Source: Gekko japonicus (lineage: Eukaryota). Taken from it: DNA of 64,000 bases. A program made the position numbers and the translations under genes. The DNA lies in contig NW_015165833.1 of the NCBI RefSeq assembly GCF_001447785.1, positions 1,927,560-1,991,559 on the forward strand. Direction: 5' to 3'. Shown here one piece after another: positions 56,275 through 64,000 of the stretch (position 1 is its first letter; each line of letters begins with the position of its first letter). The notes under the pieces were generated by a model that was not told the DNA's origin, ran no database searches, and saw only the letters and a list, made by a program, of their open reading frames with translations.

Positions 56275-58839
56275 CTCCTCAGCCACACAAGGGTCGTCCG
56301 CCACCCACCTGACGCAGCGCGACAGCCGTGTGCTGGGGAATCACCAATAATGTAGCAAGTCTTCCTCTGCTTTCCGAGCACTGGCAGGGCGAGGGCGAAA
56401 GCCGTCTGGGAGGGGACGGCCAACTCGGACTTTGAGTCGAGGCCTAGACGGCTAATCTGTTTTTTAAACGTGACTCTGAAATCTACCTCTGTCTTTTTTT
56501 AACCACACTGTTCTCTGGACTGAACTGGAGCGTGTTTTGGCAAAGGGCGTCAGAGTGGGCTTCTTTTCTGACGCGAACATTGGACTGCAGAGAGCATGTG
56601 GGGTTGCGTCTCTGCTCCATATGGTTTGAATAAGCTTAATCGTTCCCCCCCCCCTTTCCTCCCTCTGGGTTTCATGAAAGTTAACTATTTCTTAGAAACC
56701 TCCCCCCCCCCGTCCTCCTCTTCCTAATTGTTCTGTTTTTGATTTAACGCCTGGTTTGAATATACTTTTCTGTAAACGTTGGTTTCAGAGCCCTGTGTGA
56801 GCACAAACTTGGCCAACTAGTCATCTTTACAGCAACCTTGCCGGGGAGGAAGCATTGCATGTGACTTCTGCCCCAGGTAGGAGAGCTTCACCCCCAGGGC
56901 TGTCCAGTTCTTCTTTTTCTGGAGCACCTCCCCTTTTCCAGCCACTTAATTCTTTTATGTGCGTCCTGGGACTTCTGACTTTGTGTTGGGATCGGGTTTG
57001 CTTTCCCCCCTCTAATCAATAGCTTATGGAAGGTGCAGTTAACATTGCATTAATTCTGCTGCTGCCTGCCACAGTGGTATGGCTGAAGGGGTAAATCTAT
57101 GATAATGTGAAAAGTTTTCTCCGTCTTCCCTTCCCTTCCTCCCCCCCTCCCCGCCTCGTATATGTCTTGAATTCAGAGAGGCCAGCTGTTCTCTGCTGCT
57201 TGTGTGATGCTCTTTCTTGCCATTGTTGCCTTGTCAGGGCACTTCCCTGTTGGCACTCTTCAAGGGGGGAAACACTCCCCAGCAGCCTTGCACCTGGCAG
57301 ATTACACAGAGAACCGGCCTGCTCCCTTTTCAGTCTCATTCTGGGAACTGGATGCCTCTCTTGCCAGTTAAGCTGCTTGCAGGCAACTCTCTTTGGCCTG
57401 CACTGCACCAGTCTCTTCCCCCCCCCGCCCCCACCCAACTTAGGTCTGATTTAAAGATGATGCAGACAAGGCCCAAGTACCCCCCTGGTGGACTTTGCAC
57501 AGGCCCAGCATCTTGTTTGCAGTGGGCTGCGACCCTTGCAGAGTAGCAGTGCCCACTAGTAGCCTAGTCCAAACGAGGCTGCACTGCGGGGGGGGGGGGC
57601 GCTTCTGCCTTGCCTTGTGCACGCCGCCTTTAAACCCAGCCATTGCACCCTCTAACCCTTTTTTTTCTTTTGCACCTGGCCATGGTGTGCGATCCCTACA
57701 GGGACAGAGTCGCAAAAGCAGTTGTGCTACCCGGTGGTACAAAGTGGTTGGTTACAAAACTAGAAGGACTTGTTGGGTCCCACTCTAGCCTGGACGGCCC
57801 AGGTTAGCCTGATCCCCTCAGATCTCAGAAGCTAAGCAGGGTCGGCCCTGGTCAGACAAGAAAGTTCTTGGCGAGGAGCTGTCTGGGGCTAGACTCCGCA
57901 GCATTAAACTTTGGCAGCAGGAGAGGTCTGAGTTGTGTTCTGAATGGCTTCAGCATGCAGGAATGTTTTCTTTCTTACATGAACCACAAAAGAAATTCAA
58001 AAGCTGAGTCTTGGAGACCTTGTAATAAAAACCTGCCAGGTTCTAAGGTGTTGTATGATGAGCTGCTTCTGCCGCTGCCTTCCGTGCCATCAGGGGCTAA
58101 GAGGGAGGCTGCCTGGGCCAGTCTCTGGCTTCTGCTGCCCTGGCCACAACGCCCGTTCAGAGTTGCGTCTTTTGTTGCTGGGCTTTTGGGAGGCTCTGGG
58201 CTAGGCTGAGTCCGGGAGGCCCCAGCCTCCAGTAGCGTGTTGGCATGTACATTTGGCTATAGTTGCATTGCTTGGGAAGCATTAGGCATCAAGCACTTTC
58301 TTCATTTTTAAAAATCCAGCTTGGGATGAAACCAGGATCAAAGAGCATTAAAACCTTGTCCTGGTGGTGAGTGTGGGGAGAAGGAGCAGCAGCCTTGGCC
58401 ATCATCTCCCAGGTCACAGAGCCCTGCTTTAGGACTGACTTTCCCCTGCTGCATCCAGGACCTTGGGGTCTTGATGGTTTGCACTCTGTCACTGTCCCTT
58501 GGGGTACCGGAATACCCCCTCCCAAAGTGCAGTGGGGTACCCGTAGTCCCACCCAAGAGTGAGCTGCATATCAGCACACTTTGCCACCTGGACCATGTAT
58601 TAAGAGCCTGATATTAAATGGGCCCAGCTTGTTCTAAGCCCACCTCCAGAAGGAGCTTTGGGGGTATCTCCACAGGGAGCTCCACCCCTTCCTGCTCCTA
58701 GTTCTGGAACTTACCCAAGACCTTACCAGGCTCGGTCCTGGCGGTGCTGCCCAAGGGGGGGGGGGTCAGGTTACTGTGGCTGCTGAGGAGGGGTGGGGCA
58801 GCTCTGGCTGCAAGGCTCGCTTCTCCCGTCTTTTAGTGG

Positions 58840-59013
58840 AAGTAGCAAGAGCTGGATTCAAAGTCCAGTAGCACCTTGGAGACTAACAAGGTTTTCAGGG
58901 TATACTCTTTCAGGAGTCAAAAGATATCTCACCAAGGGAGCTTTGCCTCTCAAAAGCTGATACCCCAAAAATCTTGTTCATCTCTTAAGGAGCTACTGCA
59001 CTCTAACATAGCT
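58840..59013. mobile_element. Palindromic short Penelope-type element in the STK40 3'UTR
   Basis: Same family as 16308-16511; imperfect inverted arms. Confidence 0.65.
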
Positions 59014-59522
59014 AGTCTCCTGGAACTATCTTCATGGAATTAGGAAGACTCTGCTCAGATTCCTAGGCCTTTGAACGGGCTCTTTCGCCCCTTCCATTGA
59101 GAAATCTCATGAATTCAGGTTCTCACTTTCCCCAATGGACTCCCCCCCCCCCGGCATGACAGCCTACATTTCCTCACCCTCTATTTAACTTTTTCCTTCC
59201 CTAATGTAGCTGACTGTATTTGTCTTGCTCTTCCCAGTTCCTCAAAAGATAGCAATACTTCATAGACTGTGCAAAGCTGAGTGATCTGCCCATCTTTGGC
59301 ATTGTCATTGTCATAAAAAGCAAACTGGAAAAAGATGGAAAGGAATGGAGGGGGGAGGCATGCAGCGGCATGGAAAATCAGTGTGAGCTATGGGGTTTTG
59401 TTTTGGTGGATTACTGGTTAGATGACAGACCGGAGACAAAGATCCTATTGTAAAAAAATTGCAAAGAGAATTTGTACAGAGACCTATTTTTGTATTACAT
59501 CCAACTATTCCTGCATGTCAGC

Positions 59523-59528
59523 AATAAA
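59523..59528 (+). terminator. STK40 polyadenylation signal
   Basis: AATAAA preceded by TGTA elements and followed by GTGTTGTGT. Confidence 0.75.
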
Positions 59529-60399
59529 GTTTCATAATGTAGAATTAAATCCGTGTTGTGTCAAAGTGGGAACTGGCTTCTTTTTGTGCCACGGTTGCTT
59601 GAGAGTGTGGAAAGCTGCAGAATTTGCCTTCTAGAGCGTTCCTGCGTACTGTTGAAAGGAAGGTTTGTGTCAGGTAGGCCATCTCTGCTTTTTTCTAGAA
59701 CTGTAACTTAAGCCATGGTCTCAGTATGAGACTGGATGTGTATTAATGGGAAAGGTGTTTGTCCAGGAATACTGTAGTGTGTGGGTGGGGGAAGTTCTGT
59801 AGATGCTATTAAATTGTGGCATTCACAGCCAGTAGGCTGCCATTGATACCCATGAACTTTAAAAGGGGGTTAGACAGACCTGCAGTCACTGAAGGGAACC
59901 TCCGTCTACAGCGGCAGCAAACCTGTGAATACCATTGCTAACCAGGAAACAGCCTGGGGGCGTGGCCTCCGGGGAACTTGTTGCCACTAGTATAGTATAT
60001 GTGCTGCCGAAGCGAGCACACTTGTTGCCACTATGTGAAACGGTACTGAATTAAATGGATCATTGGTCCAGCTGGGTTGCTGGGGGGGGGGGTGTTGCCA
60101 GATCCAGGTTGGGAAGTTCCTGGAGATTTGGGGATGGGGCCTGGGGAACTGATCCCTGTAGCCTGGATATGAGCTGTAATTTTGGGGGCTCCCCAGGTCC
60201 CAACTGGAGGCTGGCATCCCTAGCACAAGAGAGTCGAATATGCAAATGCTGGCAGTACGACCGACCTCCTTGGCTGTGTCCTTGTCAACAATCCCTTTCG
60301 AAAGAATTTCCCTGTTGCTTGGGAGGCTTAGACGTACGGTGTTAACTTAGAACTGGGCATCCTCTTGCAATGATTGCCTATTGTCCCACCCTGACCTCA

Positions 60400-61400
60400 G
60401 GAAGGGGCGCTGGACGAAGCCGCCCGGAGAAGGCCGAGACTACTTTGCAAGGTTTGCGGGCGGCCCAGTTCACGCAAGACGTTCGGCCGAGCGCAAAGTC
60501 CCTCGGCTAAATGTACGCGTTCACCGGGGAGGGAGGGGGCGGAAGCCCTGCCAGGAGGAGGAGAGTCGCGGCCGGCTCCGCGGGAGGGGGCGCTGCAGCA
60601 CAACGGAAACATCCTCCAAGGTGGAGTGCGGTAGCCATGTTTATGCACAAGGGGGCGACCGCGGGCCCACACTTACTCGAGTCCGGACCGGGGCCTCTGT
60701 CACCACCTCTGTCCGGGTGGAGAGGGGAGTCTGAACGCGCGTGCGTAATACACTCTGACGGCAGCCCCTGGCGTTTCTGCTGTTCGGGGGAACCACAAGC
60801 TGAGAGCTGAATGCGCCCGGCCGGCGGAGCACCAGTATTCCGGCAGAGAAGTAGGGAGGGAGCTTCGGCCCCACTTGCAAGGCGGGCCTTGACAGCAAGC
60901 GGGGGTGGCTGGAAGCCACACAACGATGGAGAACGGGACCAGGCCCCTACAGTTACAGATGTGACGCTAATAAGGCAAGAAGACTTCTCCTTGGGGCTGT
61001 GCGCTCACACGTGCATAGCAGTTCCGAGTACTTCTTTCCCAGGACGGCGGGCGGAAGTCCTTGCAACTGTTGTGGGGATGCGCGAACACCCTGCACGTTC
61101 AGCCGCTCCTGTGCCGAGTGCAATTGAAACAGCTCCGCCCCAGAGCGAAGTCGCACTGCCCCACCGGCAGCATGTTGGAATGAGCCTGCTTGCTTGAGGC
61201 TGCCGAGGCAAACGCTCTCTTCTGGGCGCCCGCCCAGTGTCTCGCCAATAAGATGGGTTGTCCCCCCCACCCCGGTGCAAATGGCAAGGGTCGCCGGGCT
61301 GATTTGTGTCTTCGCAGAGTACAACCAGTTTGTGGCGCTTTACCGCCTAACATTGATTTCGGTTTGAGAGGGTAGCCTAGCCGTGTTGATCCGCGGTGGA
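60400..61400. promoter_or_regulatory. CpG island with no assignable coding exon
   Basis: CpG-rich ~1 kb; GC box, CCAAT and CTCF-like AG(G)GGGCGCTG motifs. Confidence 0.65.
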
Positions 61401-63079
61401 ACAGTAAAAAAAGTAAACAGGTAAAAACAGTGGAACCTGAGTTTATTCACAAGTTCAGGACACACACACACACACCGCTGAATAGGGACATAGGAGTCTT
61501 ATCTCACTGCAAATGCATCTTTCCCCTCTGCTCTAACCAGGCTGATTACAAACACACGTTGTACCTTTGCATTCTTTACAAGCTTTCTTTACAGCACTCC
61601 CCCCACCTTCTGACTGGGATAAAAAGATCTCCATTCCTACTCATTTCTGACAAATGGAGTTTTGCCTCTCCAAAGCCGATAGATATCCTGAAAATCTTGT
61701 TGGTCTCTAAAGTCCTACTGGACTCAAATCTGATTTATTTCAGTCTAAGTTTCTATAAGTCACAGCCCGCTTCACAAAAGCTCATGTTGAAACAAATATT
61801 AAGTCTTTAAGGTGCCACGTGATTTTGGTTTTATTTTACCCATGTAAACCCCCCCCCCCTAGAATGCTTTTTCTCAACCAGGGTGTAAATCTTGCCCACC
61901 CTCCCCTGAAGCCAGTGGCCTTGCTCCACTCTCTATTTAGCGTTGCCAGCCTCCAGGTGGGGCCTGGAGATCTCACAGAATTACAGCTGATTTCCAGACG
62001 TTCGCCTGGAGAAAAGGGCAACTTTGGAGGGTGGAGTCTATGGCATTCCAGCCTGCTGAGGTCCCTCCCCTCTCCAAACCCTGCCTTCACTAGGCTCCAC
62101 ACTCCAAAACTCCAGAAATTTCCAGACCCAGATTTGGCAACCCGAGAACTTCCACAGATAACACAAACGAGCCATGCTTCTTCCCCCCTCTCCAGGCAGA
62201 TGTCGCCACCCCAGATTCCAGATGGGATTTTCCCTCCCTCCCTCTCTTGAGGAATTTAAGATGACTGTAGTAGAAAAAAGGAAGATATTTTTGACATTCC
62301 TGTTCTCGACCAGGTCCCTGAATATGCCAGCTCAGCACTGAACCCACAAGATGGGGTGGGCCAGAATTCAGGAGCATCGGAAGTAGATGTGCTCTGCTCC
62401 CCAAATCTTGCAGGCGGTGCGTGGGGGGAAGGGGGGGCTCTGACCCACCAGCCCCCTGGAATCCATTTCCTGTTGCTCAGCAGCTGTAATGGGAACCAGA
62501 CCCAGCTTGGCTTCTCCCGCGCAGGCAAGAGGACAAAACGGGGGGGGGGGTGGTTCTGCAGGGGAAGCGCTTTGTCTTGGCCTCCCAGAGACCTCAGGGG
62601 GGCTGTGAGTTGCTTGGCTCCAGTCCTTGGGTGAGTACAAGTGGAAGGGGGACCATTTTCCTCTTCTCCCTATACGGGCCTTGAGGTGGGGTATCCAGAG
62701 AAATGGAAACGTTTCCTGTATTTTATGGGAGTTTGGCACCGTTTTGCACAAAAAAAGGATAGCGGCTTGGTTCTGATCTCCTGCGGGTTCTCTGTAGACC
62801 CCACTGTCCTTGCATGGACTCCCGCGGGCATTTTCCGCCTTCACAGGCATTTTCCACTGCCTGCCTGCCTGCTTGCAGGGTTTTCTTACCTGCATGCTGG
62901 GGCTGGGTCACACTCTGTTGGAAACCTGTTTACCCTTTATCTCAGTGCTGTAGCAGTCTGCTGTGGCAAGGAGAAGGCACTCTGCACGTGCTCAAAGGCA
63001 CATTCTTCACTCTGCATGTGCTCAAAGGCACATTGTTTATTATTCACTTCCCTCCTTTTGTGGAGGACAAGTCTATCAA

Positions 63080-63286
63080 CAGCTACTAGCTATGAGCCTG
63101 AGGGGAACCTCCACGTTCAGAGGCACTAAACCTCTGAATCCCAGAGCTAGGAGGTGACATCGGGAAGGCCTCGGCCTCCATGCCCTGTTGCTGGCCCTCC
63201 AGAGGAACTGGTTGGCCACTGGGTGAGACGTGCTGGACTAGATGAGCCTCCGGTCTGATCCAGCAGGGCTCTTCTTAAGTTCTTAT
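63080..63286 (+). mobile_element. CR1 LINE 3' end
   Basis: GCTGGACTAGATG...TGATCCAGCAGGGCTCTTCTTAAGTTCTTA tail. Confidence 0.75.
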
Positions 63287-63704
63287 ACCCCAAAGGGGAA
63301 GGCACGCTGTTGAAAAGAGATTTCAGTGTAGCTGGATATTAAGCGAAGCCCTTGCTTCTCAGGCATTGGTCAGGCCTGACCTGACTTGGCGGTGTGCTGA
63401 GGCCGTATTCAGTGCCAGAATTCCTCCAATTAAAAACAGGGGCCAGTCTCTTTCGCCAGGCTTTCAGGGCCTCCAGGCCAGGTCCACATGCCTCAGATGC
63501 TGGCGATGGAAGCGCAGCCAAGCTGGCCCATCTCCAAGTACGTGCTCCTGTGGACAGATGCAAGATACAGACTGGAACCTTGGGGGTGGTCCCTCGGGCA
63601 GGAGGACCTGCTGCTAAGGGAATCTGTGCTTGTCAGGCATGAACACTACCTAGAGATGGCCTTCAGTGGTACAAATCGAGGGACTTGAAGAGGCCTCCTG
63701 TGAC

Positions 63705-63890
63705 CTAGTTGGCCTGGGCTAGCCTGATCTTATCAAATCTCAGAAGCTAAGCAGAATCGGTCCTGGTTATTACTTGGATGGGAGACCACCAAGGAAGTCC
63801 AGGGTTGCTATGCAGAGGCAGGCAATGGCAAACCACCACCCCTTGTCTTGAAATCCTACAAGGCAGTTGTAAGTTAGCAGCGATTTGACT
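63705..63890 (+). mobile_element. 5S rRNA-derived SINE (other copies ~624-815 +, 21533-21730 -, 33683-33875 -, 40790-40949 -, 55440-55650 +, 57785-57853 + partial)
   Basis: 5S internal promoter sequence GAAGCTAAGCAG...CTGGTTA(G/T)TACTTGGATGGGAGACC fused to an RTE/BovB-like tail GGCAATGGCAAACCAC. Confidence 0.8.
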
Positions 63891-64000
63891 TTGCTGGGGC
63901 CCAGTCAGAACAAGCTTTCTGTTTTGGTTGCCTGTTTCTGGTCCAGAGCCCACAGCGCAGGGAGGGCAAAACACTTCCCTACCGCGCACTGAGAAGAGGT

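Noticed and set aside
63705-63800. 5S rRNA genes (here and about 6 other sites)
   Set aside because: Diverged, lack the 5S 3' end and T-run terminator, and continue into a LINE-like tail: SINE heads.

Overview
Vertebrate genomic DNA, not prokaryotic. The repeat content (Sauria SINE, squamate-type CR1/L2, 5S-derived SINEs) indicates a squamate reptile, probably a gecko (inference). Four intact + strand genes were reconstructed by hand from GT-AG junctions and reading-frame phase: (1) a 3-coding-exon, 114-aa cornifelin/PLAC8-family gene (2612-6468); (2) OSCP1 (8506-27014; 379 aa, or 389 aa with a 30-nt cassette exon); (3) LSM10 (30660-31031; 123 aa); (4) the pseudokinase STK40 (first exon in the 35-kb CpG island, CDS 46143-56274, 433 aa, ~3.3-kb 3'UTR). 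OSCP1-LSM10-STK40 is the conserved order known from human 1p34. Nearly all other ORFs in the supplied track are spurious. No convincingly new biological system was found. The best leads are: an internally deleted Helitron whose RepHel N- and C-termini are fused in frame inside STK40 intron 7; several palindromic Penelope-type retroelements with long TSDs and decayed hammerhead ribozyme cores; a 3.35-kb composite L1-type retroposon whose 17-bp TSD rebuilds an OSCP1 branch-point region; a solo LTR in OSCP1 intron 1; the cornifelin-like paralogue; and several uATG/splicing features. Repeat boundaries without TSDs are approximate, and family names come from recognition, not database searches.
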